Positions 29,454 to 39,841 are shown, counted from the stretch's first letter. The stretch is DNA of 64,000 nt from a bacterium (GCA_037143195.1 JBAWZD010000001.1:272892-336891); one strand, 5' to 3'. Notes: a model not told the origin generated them from the letters alone. Made by a program: numbers and translations.

Positions 29454-29756
29454 GGTTCTGCTCCCCCGTTGGAGACTTTTAATTTAATCCGGGTTAAAAT
29501 CGGTCTTTCCCGCGTCAGCTTTCTTACGTAACTCATCTCCATGGCAGGCTGGCCATATATAGTATCGAGTTTTACTTTTGCGGAGAGGACTTGCGATTTC
29601 GCGTACCTAGGTAAGAGCGCGCGATGTACAGATGGTGCGCACCGTGCGCTCTTACTTAGGGTTGAATGTTGGTTTATGTTTTCAACGTATATTGCACATT
29701 GTCTATAGTTTACCATATATAGACACTAGTGTCAATTAGTGTTATGGTACAAAAAA

Positions 29757-30473
29757 TTAGATGATCGTCATCAAACTCGAAATGACCGGTGACATCGTTC
29801 CGGCTGTCCACAAGTATGGAGCTGTGCCCGTGAGATCGCGACCAGCAAGCTTGTAGAGCTGAACAGTAAGTGAATCACCGATGACCGCAGTCATAGCAAT
29901 ACTACTCTGCACGCTGAGTGTGACCGATCCCCCAGCTGGAACGAGAAGTCCACTTGATGTTGTGGCTGTGTAAATCAGTGGGTGATTTGGAATACCGGTA
30001 GATGTTGGAACAACAAGAATGGGATTACCGAACATACTTGTACCACTAAATACAGCAACCTTGTAAACATCGGTCGGCGTCGTGTCGTTCAAACCAAATT
30101 GCATGCGAAGAAGTGCGACTGGACACGCGGTTGGATTTGAAACAACAAACTGTCCAAGTGTTCCGGTACTGCCATGGGTAACATTACCAGAAAGGAATGT
30201 TGAATCTGCAGTAACAACGAGTGTCCCCGAACTTGCCGTTGGAGTAGTTGGACATGTCCAAGTCGAGCCAGCGACAGTCGTTCCTGTACCTGTTCCATAT
30301 CCCACTGCGCTTGTCGCTGCTGGAGAAACGCCGACACTTCCGGTATTTTGAAGTGCGTCTGTGTGCATACTTTTGTACACAAAAAATCCGGCGAGAATAC
30401 AAGCACCAACGACAACCAAAATTTTTACACCGTTATTTTCAGAATTTTTCCAAAAGGCAATAAGTGATTTCAT
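29757..30473 (-). CDS. Membrane-anchored Thr/Ser-rich surface protein
   Basis: N-terminal TM, T/S/G-rich beta domain. Confidence 0.7.
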   Translation of the reverse strand: MKSLIAFWKNSENNGVKILVVVGACILAGFFVYKSMHTDALQNTGSVGVSPAATSAVGYGTGTGTTVAGSTWTCPTTPTASSGTLVVTADSTFLSGNVTHGSTGTLGQFVVSNPTACPVALLRMQFGLNDTTPTDVYKVAVFSGTSMFGNPILVVPTSTGIPNHPLIYTATTSSGLLVPAGGSVTLSVQSSIAMTAVIGDSLTVQLYKLAGRDLTGTAPYLWTAGTMSPVISSLMTII

Positions 30474-30576
30474 GGTATTGTCTACGATTACTAATAGTTA
30501 TGAGACAATTATAAACTGTCTCACTCATGTTGCAAGGCAAAAACAAATACAAGGACTTTGTGAATATTTCAAAAAG

Positions 30577-32319
30577 CTAATTACGTTCGCCGATTTGTTG
30601 ACGCCACATTGCGTAGTAGAGACCTTTTTGTGCAAGGAGATCATCGTGAGTACCTGACTCGACGATTTTTCCTTTTTCGAGTACGTGAATAGTGTCTGCA
30701 TGCATGACAGTCGAGAGACGGTGCGCGATGAGTACCGTAATATGTGAACGAACTTCGGACACATCTTTGATCGTCTTCCCTATTTCTTCCTCAGTGAGCG
30801 AGTCGAGTGAACTCGTGGCCTCGTCAAACACAAGTACGTTTGGTTTACGGAGCAGAGCACGTGCGATCGAGAGACGCTGTTTTTCTCCACCTGATACTTT
30901 GACTCCACCTTCACCGATGACAGTGTCGAGTCCTTGCCCACCACGTGCGAGCAGGTTTTGACATTGCGCTTTTGCGAGCGCATCAAGACATTCTGCATCA
31001 GTTGCGTTTGGATAGACGAAACGAAGATTCTCGCGAATCGTTCCTGCAAAGAGCTGAGTGTCTTGCGTGACAAATCCGATTTGTTTTCGCAATTCATCTT
31101 TCTGCATTTCGTCGTGACGTACCCCGTTGTAAAGCACGGCACCACTCGTTGGCTGATAGAGACCGACGAGCAATTTCACCATCGAAGTTTTGCCCGAACC
31201 AGATGGTCCAACGAACGCAACTGTCTGTCCACGACGCACACCATATGAAATATGTTCGAGTGCTTGGTTTTGTGCGCTTTTGTATCCAAACGAGACGTCC
31301 TTAAATTCAAGATGCTCAACAGTGCCGATTGGCGTTGGGTGTCCTGCTTCATGTTCAACTGGTGCGTCGAGCAGCAATTTGAAGTTCGCGAGCGATGCTT
31401 CTGCTTCGCGATATGTTGAAATGACCGTGCCCATTTCTTGGAGTGGATTGAATACGAAGAATGAGTAGACAAAAAGTGAAAAGAATTCACCGAAGGTTAT
31501 TACCTTGGCAAAAATGAGATACACGAGGAAAAAGAGAATACTCGTGCGAATGAAGTTGATGACAGTACCTTGAATGAAGCTGAGACTTCGGAGATAGCGA
31601 AGTTTTTTGAGTTCAAGCGTCAGAATTTTGTTTGTCGTTGTGTTGAGGCGGTCGACTTCTTGATCGGCAAGTCCAAGACTCTTTACGAGCTCGATGTTGC
31701 GAAGCGATTCTGTCGTTGAGCCCGCAAGTGCTGTCGTTTCTCGAACGATCACTGTTTGTATGCGTTTGATCTTTTGAGACAACAATAAACTCATGCCTCC
31801 GATGATAGGTACAGTAGAAAGAAACGCCACGGCCACACCCCAATAGATATGCACGGCGTAAATCGCGACGAAGATGAATCCGACAAGGGAAACGAAGAGG
31901 ATATTGATGAGCGCAGCGATCAATTTTTCCGTGTCATCACGTACTTTTTGGAGTTTCCCGAGGGTTTCGCCGCTGCGCTCATCCTCAAAACTCTCATATG
32001 GCAACGCAAGTGAATGTGCAATCCCGTCTCGATACAAATCAGCTCCAACACGCTTGCTCACCCCATTCAAGAAATAATCTTGAAAATTCTTTGCAGTGCG
32101 AGAGATAAATGCCACTCCGACGATCGCAAGGAGAAGCAATCCAACACCACGGAAAAATTCCGCTCGTGTATAGAGATCGGGCTTCATCGCATACTCGTCG
32201 ATCACATGACGAAAGATATATGGATCGAGTAATGAGAAAATCTGGTTGATACTCGCAAGCACAATAGTAAGGACGCACAGCTTCCAATATTTTTTGAGAT
32301 AGTGATAAAAAATGTTCAT
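30577..32319 (-). CDS. ABC transporter, fused permease/ATPase (MsbA-like exporter)
   Basis: TM domain, GPSGSGKT, VSGGEKQR, FDEATSSLD, IAHRLST. Confidence 0.95.
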   Translation of the reverse strand: MNIFYHYLKKYWKLCVLTIVLASINQIFSLLDPYIFRHVIDEYAMKPDLYTRAEFFRGVGLLLLAIVGVAFISRTAKNFQDYFLNGVSKRVGADLYRDGIAHSLALPYESFEDERSGETLGKLQKVRDDTEKLIAALINILFVSLVGFIFVAIYAVHIYWGVAVAFLSTVPIIGGMSLLLSQKIKRIQTVIVRETTALAGSTTESLRNIELVKSLGLADQEVDRLNTTTNKILTLELKKLRYLRSLSFIQGTVINFIRTSILFFLVYLIFAKVITFGEFFSLFVYSFFVFNPLQEMGTVISTYREAEASLANFKLLLDAPVEHEAGHPTPIGTVEHLEFKDVSFGYKSAQNQALEHISYGVRRGQTVAFVGPSGSGKTSMVKLLVGLYQPTSGAVLYNGVRHDEMQKDELRKQIGFVTQDTQLFAGTIRENLRFVYPNATDAECLDALAKAQCQNLLARGGQGLDTVIGEGGVKVSGGEKQRLSIARALLRKPNVLVFDEATSSLDSLTEEEIGKTIKDVSEVRSHITVLIAHRLSTVMHADTIHVLEKGKIVESGTHDDLLAQKGLYYAMWRQQIGERN

Positions 32320-32380
32320 AGATGTGGGCAGATTATAGCAGGCTCGCAGAATTTGGCGAACATGGTAGAGTAGAGGGACT

Positions 32381-33157
32381 ATGCATGAGCCCATTATTTG
32401 TTTCGGACAGCAACCATGTGGGTTTTTCCCAAAGCGGTATGTTTATGCCAAAGTGTTGACTGCTCGTCGATTGCAAAAAGAGATTGGTGGCAAAATTGTA
32501 TTTTTCTATCACGACTCTGATGCTGATTACCGCGAGACTATTACCCTCTTTCGTGATCCGTTGAATGGCGAAGATGTGCGTCTCAACTTCACGCAAGCGA
32601 ACAAAATCCAAAAAAAATATTCTCCGCTCTATGCCAAAATGATTCCGGCCGGATGGCAGGATGAGATTGCTCGCAAACTTCCGCGATTGGTGCCTGCGCG
32701 ATTGGTGGAGATGTTCAAGAGCGCGAGCGGAGCGAGCGCGGGAGATTTTTGCCTCGACATGTACCAGAGACTCGGATTGCTCGATGGTATCGAAATAGTC
32801 CGCTCAGGCGACAAGGTATTCCGGACACAGGCAGACGAGCTCACGACGGACTACTACGCAGATATTCCATACGAAGGAGAAATCGTGCGCGCTGAAAAAT
32901 CTGGTGACTCGTTTCGTCTCCACGAAGGTGGCGGTAACTACATCACCGTTCCGAGCCCAGACCATATCGAAAAAACACAAAAAAACCCAGGACGAGACTA
33001 TCGCTTCCGCTGGATGCAATCTGTGGTACATTGTACGCATTACATCAGTGGTGCCGGCGAAAACGCCTATCTTAAGAAAGATGATTTCCCTGACGTAACA
33101 TTCGTAACTCGTGACGAAATCGCAGATTCAAATTACGCATATTTACCAGAAGCATAA
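32381..33157 (+). CDS. Short BshC-like protein (putative bacillithiol cysteine-adding enzyme)
   Basis: GQQP, YAK..TA..L, VFF...SD.DY.E and YISGAGE.AY match BshC motifs. First gene of the bshB-bshA operon. Confidence 0.7.
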   Translation: MHEPIICFGQQPCGFFPKRYVYAKVLTARRLQKEIGGKIVFFYHDSDADYRETITLFRDPLNGEDVRLNFTQANKIQKKYSPLYAKMIPAGWQDEIARKLPRLVPARLVEMFKSASGASAGDFCLDMYQRLGLLDGIEIVRSGDKVFRTQADELTTDYYADIPYEGEIVRAEKSGDSFRLHEGGGNYITVPSPDHIEKTQKNPGRDYRFRWMQSVVHCTHYISGAGENAYLKKDDFPDVTFVTRDEIADSNYAYLPEA

Positions 33158-33168
33158 TCAAAAAACAT

Positions 33169-33864
33169 ATGAAAAAAATTCTTGCTATCGGTGCACATCC
33201 AGATGATGTTGAGTTTGGCGTGAGCGGTCTCCTCATCAAAGAAATCAGTAACGGCGCACAAGTCAAAATTGTTGTGTGTTCGCTCGGTGAGGCAGGATCG
33301 AACGGAACTCCTTTGGGACGCAAGGCCGAAGCGGAATCTGCAGCCAAGCATATTGGTGCAGAATTTCAGTATGTCGACATGGGTGGCGATTGTCATATTG
33401 AAGACACTCCAGCCAATCGCAAAATCATTGCAGAAATTATTCGTACATGGAAGCCAGACATCGTGCTTGCGCCATCACTTACTGAGAACCAACATCCCGA
33501 CCATCTTGCTGTCGCTCACATCGCGCGCTCGGCGTCCCGCCTCGCGCGCTACGGCGGTCTCGAAGACCTCAAATCTCTCCCTGTCCACAGTATCGAAGCA
33601 CTCTACTACTATCCATCAAGTGCTGAATTCGACAAACGTCCTGATATCATCGTCGATGTCACAAACGAATATACAAAATGGACGGAGGCCATGAATCTCC
33701 ACGAGAGCCAAATGAAAACACGCGGATATATCAATCTCGTCACTAGCAAAGCAAAATATCTCGGCGCAACCGTTGGAGTAGATTATGCGATCGGTCTTTG
33801 GGTCAATGATTCAGTCATGGTAGACACGCTCGAAGCGCTTGGATCATCACGAAAATATAAATGA
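33169..33864 (+). CDS. bshB1: GlcNAc-malate deacetylase BshB1 (PIG-L family)
   Basis: GAHPDDVE, GEAGSNGT...R.AEA, HPDH. Adjacent to bshA. Confidence 0.85.
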   Translation: MKKILAIGAHPDDVEFGVSGLLIKEISNGAQVKIVVCSLGEAGSNGTPLGRKAEAESAAKHIGAEFQYVDMGGDCHIEDTPANRKIIAEIIRTWKPDIVLAPSLTENQHPDHLAVAHIARSASRLARYGGLEDLKSLPVHSIEALYYYPSSAEFDKRPDIIVDVTNEYTKWTEAMNLHESQMKTRGYINLVTSKAKYLGATVGVDYAIGLWVNDSVMVDTLEALGSSRKYK

Positions 33865-35030
33865 ACCATACACAGCAAAAAAATACAAAAAAACATCTCG
33901 CCATAGGTATTGTGTGCTATCCATCAGTCGGTGGCTCAGGCATCGTTGCAACACAACTCGGCACTGAACTTGCGCGCCTCGGACACAAAGTGCATTTCAT
34001 TAGTTATGACGAACCGTTCAAACTCGATACGAACGAGCCGAATATTTCGTTCGACAAAGTAACCTTCAACGGATACGAGCTTTTTAAATATCCTGATTAC
34101 ACATTGCCCCTCGCGGTCAAAATGGTCGACGTCGCAAAGAAGTACAAACTCGATATTCTCCACGTACACTACGCCGTGCCTCATGCGACAGCAGCGCTCC
34201 TCGCCAAAAGTATCGCGAATGAAGAGAAACTTCCCTTTCCTCACGTCGTCACCACACTCCACGGCACAGACATCACGCTTCTTGGTCGAGACAAGACCGT
34301 CATGCCCGTCATCAAATATTCGATCGAAAGCTCATGTGGTGTGACAGCGGTTTCAGAGAGCCTGAGAAAAGACACGGTCAAAGTACTCAAAACAAAAAAA
34401 GAAATCCGAGTCATTCACAATTTTTACAATCCAAAAACACCAACACAATCTCGCGAATCAATTCGTGCGAGTATCGGCGTGCGTGACGACGAATTCCTTG
34501 CGATTCATCTTTCAAATCTTCGTCCCGTCAAACGTATTCCTGATTTGATTGATATTATCAAAAAAGTAAAAAAACATCCGCGCATCAAATTACTCATTCT
34601 CGCTGGTGGAGATTTTTCGGTCTTTGAGCCACTCGTCAAAAAATACGGACTCGAAAATCGCATCATCGTACTTCCTCGTGTGCTTGATATTGAAAATTAC
34701 ATCAATGCATCAGACATCGGCGTGTACACATCCGAAGAAGAAAGTTTCGGCATGGGCATTCTTGAAACTCTTTCCTATGGCAAACCCATCCTCGCCACAC
34801 GTGCGGGAGGTATCCCAGAGTTCATGAAGAACGGCAAAACAGGTTTCCTCTTTAAAATCAGCGACACGAGTGGTATGGCGCACAAACTCGCCGAACTCGC
34901 AAAGAATCCAGACCTTGTTGCGAAACTCGGCGAACATGCAAAAAACCTTGCACAATCAGAGTTTACTGCCGAGAAAAAAGTCCAAGAATACGTCGACTAC
35001 TACCGCACGATCATCGCCTCGGGAAAATAA
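33861..35030 (+). CDS. bshA: N-acetyl-alpha-D-glucosaminyl L-malate synthase BshA (GT4)
   Basis: IGIVCYPSVGGSGIVAT.LG, HVHYAVPHA, TTLHGTDIT, SNLRPVKR, ESFG. Confidence 0.92.
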   Translation: MNHTQQKNTKKHLAIGIVCYPSVGGSGIVATQLGTELARLGHKVHFISYDEPFKLDTNEPNISFDKVTFNGYELFKYPDYTLPLAVKMVDVAKKYKLDILHVHYAVPHATAALLAKSIANEEKLPFPHVVTTLHGTDITLLGRDKTVMPVIKYSIESSCGVTAVSESLRKDTVKVLKTKKEIRVIHNFYNPKTPTQSRESIRASIGVRDDEFLAIHLSNLRPVKRIPDLIDIIKKVKKHPRIKLLILAGGDFSVFEPLVKKYGLENRIIVLPRVLDIENYINASDIGVYTSEEESFGMGILETLSYGKPILATRAGGIPEFMKNGKTGFLFKISDTSGMAHKLAELAKNPDLVAKLGEHAKNLAQSEFTAEKKVQEYVDYYRTIIASGK

Positions 35031-35055
35031 TATTCTGTGGTATAGTACTTACACC

Positions 35056-35976
35056 ATGCAAAATTTCGCAGACAAACTCATCGAAGCAATCAAAGAAAAA
35101 GGCAATCCATGCATCATCGGACTTGATCCCCGCATGGAGCTCATTCCTCAAGCATTTTTTGCTGAAGGTGAAGACAAAACCAAAAACGAACTCATCGAAG
35201 ATAGTATTTTTGAATGGGCAGAATGTATCATCGACAAGATCAAAGACCTCGTCCCTGCGGTCAAATTCCAAAGTGCATTTTACGAACAATATGGCGTCCC
35301 CGGCATGTGGGCAATGAAGCGCGCGATCTCATACGCCAAAAGTGCTGGACTCATCGTTGTCATTGATGCGAAGCGTAACGATATCGGATCAACTGCGGAA
35401 GCATACGCGAATGCATTCATCGGTCGCTCAAAGATAATCGACACGGAAGATCCTATTTTCGACGGCGACTGCGTCACAGTCTCGCCATTCCTCGGTCGCG
35501 ATAGTTTGCTCCCTTTCGTCGAAGCATGTAAAAAATACGGCAAAGGAATTTTCATCCTCGTCAAAACAAGTAACCCGGGTTCAGGAGATTTCCAAGACGT
35601 TAAAAATGAACATGGTGAACCACTCTACACCGTACTCGCAAAAATCGTCGCCGAACTCGGAGATGGACTCGTCGGCACACATGGCTATAGTTCAGTCGGT
35701 GCTGTTGTCGGAGCGACTCATCCAGAAGAAGCCAAGGTTCTTCGCACAATGATGCCAAAAGCATTCTTCCTCGTGCCTGGATATGGCGCACAAGGTGGCA
35801 CAGCAAGCGACACACTCCCATGCTTTAACCCTGACCACATGGGTGCGCTCGTACACTCAGCACGCAACATAACCTTCACACACGCAGATCAAAATATCAG
35901 CAAAAATGAATACGGCTACTTCGTCCGCGAAAACGTCGAGAAAATGATTGCCGACGTTACCGCCGTCCTCAAATAA
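35056..35976 (+). CDS. pyrF: Orotidine-5'-phosphate decarboxylase
   Basis: GLDP, DAKRNDIGST, VKTSNPGS, GAVVGAT, LVPGYGAQGG. Confidence 0.95.
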   Translation: MQNFADKLIEAIKEKGNPCIIGLDPRMELIPQAFFAEGEDKTKNELIEDSIFEWAECIIDKIKDLVPAVKFQSAFYEQYGVPGMWAMKRAISYAKSAGLIVVIDAKRNDIGSTAEAYANAFIGRSKIIDTEDPIFDGDCVTVSPFLGRDSLLPFVEACKKYGKGIFILVKTSNPGSGDFQDVKNEHGEPLYTVLAKIVAELGDGLVGTHGYSSVGAVVGATHPEEAKVLRTMMPKAFFLVPGYGAQGGTASDTLPCFNPDHMGALVHSARNITFTHADQNISKNEYGYFVRENVEKMIADVTAVLK

Positions 35977-36990
35977 TTAACTGAGCAGTTCGGGTTCTGG
36001 CTCAATACTGATTCCGTACTTTTCTTGGACAGCATCTCTGATTTGGAGAATGACGTCACTGAGTTCAGCTCGTGTACCTCCGCCTTCGTTCACAATCACC
36101 ATTGCATTGCCTTTGTAGAGCGAGAAATTGCCGATACGTTTGCCTTTCCAGCCCATCGTATCGATGAGCGAGCCGGTGCCCACTTTGGCGGTCGCAGTGT
36201 CGACATCATAAATCGCAAGTGTTGGGAAATCTGCACGCAATTGATTTGCTTTTTCAATCGGCACAAAACTATTTTTAAAAAATGAACCGACCGACGCGAC
36301 CTCTTTTGGATCAGGAAGTTTCTTGGTGCGAATCGCAATGATTGCGTTTCGAATATCTTCGAGGCTTGCTGCGCGGATATTGTGCTCGGCGAGATAGTCG
36401 GCGACTCCTGGGTATTGTGGAACGTCGGGGAGCTCGCGCGATAGCGCGAGCGTAATCTCAGTGATGACGTACCGCCCCTTGCCTGCGTTTTTGAAAATAC
36501 TGTCTCGATATCCAAATTTACATTCTTTGTTTGAAAATACAACCATCGATTTGGTCCACAAATCGTACGCTCGAAGCGACGTAAGCACATCACGAATTTC
36601 CGTTCCATATGCTCCAACATTTTGCACGGGAGTCGCTCCAGCAGTCCCCGGAATCCATGACAATGTCTCGATACCAGACAAATCGTTTTCCACAGCAAAT
36701 GCTACAACTGAATCCCAGATCTCACCTGAACCAACGACAAGTGTCGTCTCATCAACAAGGCGTTTTCCAAGGATTTGCGGTCGAATGAGCGTCATGTCGA
36801 GATCGCCATCAGGGAAGACAATATTTGAACCACCGCCAAGCAAAAACCACTTTTCGTCTTGTGGCATAAGGCGAAAAACCTCTTCGAGATCAGCCTCTGT
36901 TGTAACCGTAACAACTTCTCGGGCCGTTCCTCCGATACGAAACGTAGATAATTCACGAAGCGGTACATTGTATTCTCGCGTGATTGACAT
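35977..36990 (-). CDS. murB: UDP-N-acetylenolpyruvoylglucosamine reductase
   Basis: LGGGSN, IPGTAGATPVQNVGAYG, FGYRDSIFK, GSFFKN, EPEP. Confidence 0.96.
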   Translation of the reverse strand: MSITREYNVPLRELSTFRIGGTAREVVTVTTEADLEEVFRLMPQDEKWFLLGGGSNIVFPDGDLDMTLIRPQILGKRLVDETTLVVGSGEIWDSVVAFAVENDLSGIETLSWIPGTAGATPVQNVGAYGTEIRDVLTSLRAYDLWTKSMVVFSNKECKFGYRDSIFKNAGKGRYVITEITLALSRELPDVPQYPGVADYLAEHNIRAASLEDIRNAIIAIRTKKLPDPKEVASVGSFFKNSFVPIEKANQLRADFPTLAIYDVDTATAKVGTGSLIDTMGWKGKRIGNFSLYKGNAMVIVNEGGGTRAELSDVILQIRDAVQEKYGISIEPEPELLS

Positions 36991-37027
36991 ATTGCAAATA
37001 TATCATATATGAGATATTATTTCCACT

Positions 37028-38545
37028 ATGGCAAAAACAAAAGATGATCAGGAAAAGATTGGTTTGTTTATCAAAAACCTCCGCGAAGAGCGAGGTCTCA
37101 CCCAAGCAGAATTCGCAAACGCACTCAATACCTCACAAAGCGCCGTTGCTCGCATGGAAAAAGGCGAACAAAATCTCACTGTCGCAAACCTCGCCAAAAT
37201 TAGCGAGCTCCTCGGTCGACAGATCCTCTCACTCTCAAAAAGTATGGATTTTGAAGTGACTGGTGGTCGTGAACTCAAAGGTAGTATCCGTACCAACTAT
37301 TCCAAAAACGGAGCGATCAACATGCTCTGTGCTTCCCTACTCAACAAAGGCAAAACAATTCTTCACGGAATTCCACGCATTGAAGAAGTATTTCGCTATA
37401 TCGAAATCATGGAGTCGCTCGGTGTCGCAGTACGCTGGATTGAAAAAGATACTCTCGAAATCATTCCACCAACGAAACTCACTTTTGATCGCATGAATCT
37501 CGAGTCTGCGCGCAAGACACGTTCATTCACATTCGTCGGAGCGCTCATTCACTGGCAGAAATCATTCTCATTCCCGCATTCTGGTGGATGCAAAATGGGC
37601 GAACGCACCATCGCCGCACACAAATACGGTCTCAGCAAATTTGGAGTGAATATTAAAACACTTACTGATAGTTACGATATCCGTTACAAGAAACTCAAAC
37701 CAGCAGAATTTGTACTCTACGAATCAAGTGACACGGGTGCTATTGGTATGCTCATTGCAGCCGCAGGGATTGCTGGCACTTCAATCATCCGCTTTGCTCC
37801 ACCGAACTACCAAGTTCAGGATGTGTGTTTCCTGATTGAAAAAATGGGAGTGAAGATTGAAGGCATTGGCACGACAACACTCACTGTGCACGGCCGCGAA
37901 AATATCAATGAAACGATCGAGCACTGGAACAGTGAAGATCCGATTGAATCAATGTTCTTCCTCTCAGCGGGAATCGTCACCAAGAGTTCGCTCACTGTCA
38001 CTCACTGCCCTATCGAATTCATCGAACTTGAAATCGAAAAGCTTCGCCAAATGGGAGTGAAGTTCAAGATGAGCAAGTCATACAAATCAAACAACGGACG
38101 CACCACGCTTCGTGATATTTCTGTCTCACCATCAAAGCTCATCGCTCCGCTTGAGAAATTGCACGCACAGCCATTCCCGGGAATGCAAAACGACAATCTT
38201 CCGTTCTTCGTACCAATCGCTACGCAAGCCAAAGGCACAACGCTCATTCATGACTGGACATGGGAAAATCGTGCGATCTACTTTACCGAACTCAACAAAC
38301 TTGGCGCGAATGTTCGTCTCGTTGATCCACATCGTGCATTCATCGAAGGACCAACGAAGCTCCGCGCAGCCCAAATCGTTTGCCCACCAGCACTTCGTCC
38401 ATCTGCGGTCATTTTGATTGCCATGCTCGCAGCCGAAGGCACATCGGTACTTCGCAATGTATATTCGATCACTCGTGGCTACGAAGAAATCGCCGAGCGT
38501 CTCAATGGTATTGGTGCACAGATTCGTGTCGTCAAAGGAATGTAA
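37028..38545 (+). CDS. murA: UDP-GlcNAc 1-carboxyvinyltransferase with N-terminal XRE HTH
   Basis: HTH (TQAEFA...SQSAVARME.G.QNL) followed by SKNGA, GGCKMGER, PPALRP, RGYE. Confidence 0.9.
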   Translation: MAKTKDDQEKIGLFIKNLREERGLTQAEFANALNTSQSAVARMEKGEQNLTVANLAKISELLGRQILSLSKSMDFEVTGGRELKGSIRTNYSKNGAINMLCASLLNKGKTILHGIPRIEEVFRYIEIMESLGVAVRWIEKDTLEIIPPTKLTFDRMNLESARKTRSFTFVGALIHWQKSFSFPHSGGCKMGERTIAAHKYGLSKFGVNIKTLTDSYDIRYKKLKPAEFVLYESSDTGAIGMLIAAAGIAGTSIIRFAPPNYQVQDVCFLIEKMGVKIEGIGTTTLTVHGRENINETIEHWNSEDPIESMFFLSAGIVTKSSLTVTHCPIEFIELEIEKLRQMGVKFKMSKSYKSNNGRTTLRDISVSPSKLIAPLEKLHAQPFPGMQNDNLPFFVPIATQAKGTTLIHDWTWENRAIYFTELNKLGANVRLVDPHRAFIEGPTKLRAAQIVCPPALRPSAVILIAMLAAEGTSVLRNVYSITRGYEEIAERLNGIGAQIRVVKGM

Positions 38546-38548
38546 TTT

Positions 38549-39715
38549 ATGAATATTCTCGCAATCGAAACTTCGTGCGACGAGACAGCCATCGCCATCC
38601 TCACGCGAAAAGGCAATCATTGCACTCTTCACGCGCACCAAGTCGCTTCACAAATCGCACTCCATACTCAATACGGAGGCGTATTCCCGATGATGGCGAA
38701 GCGCGAACATAGTCGAAATATCGTTCCGCTTTTCCTCGAAACGCTCAATGAAGCGGGAGTACTTGCTGATGCGAAAAAAAGTTCAGTATGGAAACCACGA
38801 ATCGTCGCAAAGCTTACAAAGCTTCTTGAACGCGAACCTGAAATGCTCGAACTTTTTCTGCGAGAAATTCCTCGTTTGCAAAAACCAAAAATCGATCGCA
38901 TCACGGTGACGGTCGGCCCAGGCCTTGAACCAGCACTTTGGGTTGGTATCAATTTTGCAAAGGCACTTTCGTATGCGTGGGACATTCCGCTTGTACCAGT
39001 CAATCACATGGAAGGGCACGTACTTTCTATTTTTCCTGAAGAATCAAAAAAAGAATTTACGATTTCAAAAATTGCGACTCCCGCTATTTCATTACTCGTT
39101 TCTGGTGGGCACACAGAGCTCGTACTTGTAAAAGGCGTTGGCAAATATGCTGTCGTTGGAAAAACACTCGACGATGCAGCCGGTGAAGCCTTCGACAAAG
39201 TCGCGCGCATGCTCGGACTTCCCTATCCAGGTGGCCCAGAAATTTCGCGCCTCGCAGAAAGTGTGCGCGACAGTATCAACCAAGGAGGGATCAAAAAAAC
39301 AATTTCACTCCCTCGACCAATGTTGCACGCTGACAATTTGGATTTTTCTTTTTCCGGACTCAAGACCGCAGTACTCTACCTCATCAAAAAACTCGGCGAC
39401 CTAAACGAAGCAACCAAAAAAGAAATCGCGTGCGAATTCGAAAATTCTGCCGTTGAAGTGCTCGTGGTAAAAACAATGAAGGCAGTGAAGAAATTCAAAG
39501 CAAAATCAGTTATCGTTGGTGGCGGAGTTTCGGCAAACAAACATCTTCGAAAAGTACTCACAGAAGCATGCAAAGAATACGGTGTCGAAGTGATCTTCCC
39601 AACCAAAACGCTTACAACCGACAACGCTATTATGATTGGTATTGCAGGCTCGTTCGGAAAGAAGGTTCGTAGTACCTCAAAAAAACTTCTCGCTAACGGA
39701 AATATGTCCCTGTAG
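38549..39715 (+). CDS. tsaD: tRNA t6A threonylcarbamoyltransferase TsaD
   Basis: IETSCDET, GPGL, NHMEGH, VSGGHT, DDAAGEAFDK, DNAIMI. Confidence 0.96.
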   Translation: MNILAIETSCDETAIAILTRKGNHCTLHAHQVASQIALHTQYGGVFPMMAKREHSRNIVPLFLETLNEAGVLADAKKSSVWKPRIVAKLTKLLEREPEMLELFLREIPRLQKPKIDRITVTVGPGLEPALWVGINFAKALSYAWDIPLVPVNHMEGHVLSIFPEESKKEFTISKIATPAISLLVSGGHTELVLVKGVGKYAVVGKTLDDAAGEAFDKVARMLGLPYPGGPEISRLAESVRDSINQGGIKKTISLPRPMLHADNLDFSFSGLKTAVLYLIKKLGDLNEATKKEIACEFENSAVEVLVVKTMKAVKKFKAKSVIVGGGVSANKHLRKVLTEACKEYGVEVIFPTKTLTTDNAIMIGIAGSFGKKVRSTSKKLLANGNMSL

Positions 39716-39766
39716 GTTATCCACATAGGCCTTCGACAAAGTCGGCCAGTTTGGTATAAATAATGT

Positions 39767-39841
39767 ATGTTCAAAGTAAGAACAACAGCAGTCGTGGTCG
39801 TCGTCACCAACTCATTCCGAGGGGGCCAATTTGTTGCATAA
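39767..39841 (+). CDS. Valine-rich attenuation leader peptide (24 aa, MFKVRTTAVVVVVTNSFRGGQFVA)
   Basis: Five tandem Val codons at 39791-39805, TGnTATAAAT -10 just upstream, followed by antiterminator/terminator, upstream of valS. Confidence 0.8.
   Translation: MFKVRTTAVVVVVTNSFRGGQFVA

Noticed and set aside
34870-35055. N-terminal extension of pyrF overlapping bshA
   Set aside because: Homology begins at MQNFADKL (35056), which has a -10 box just upstream.
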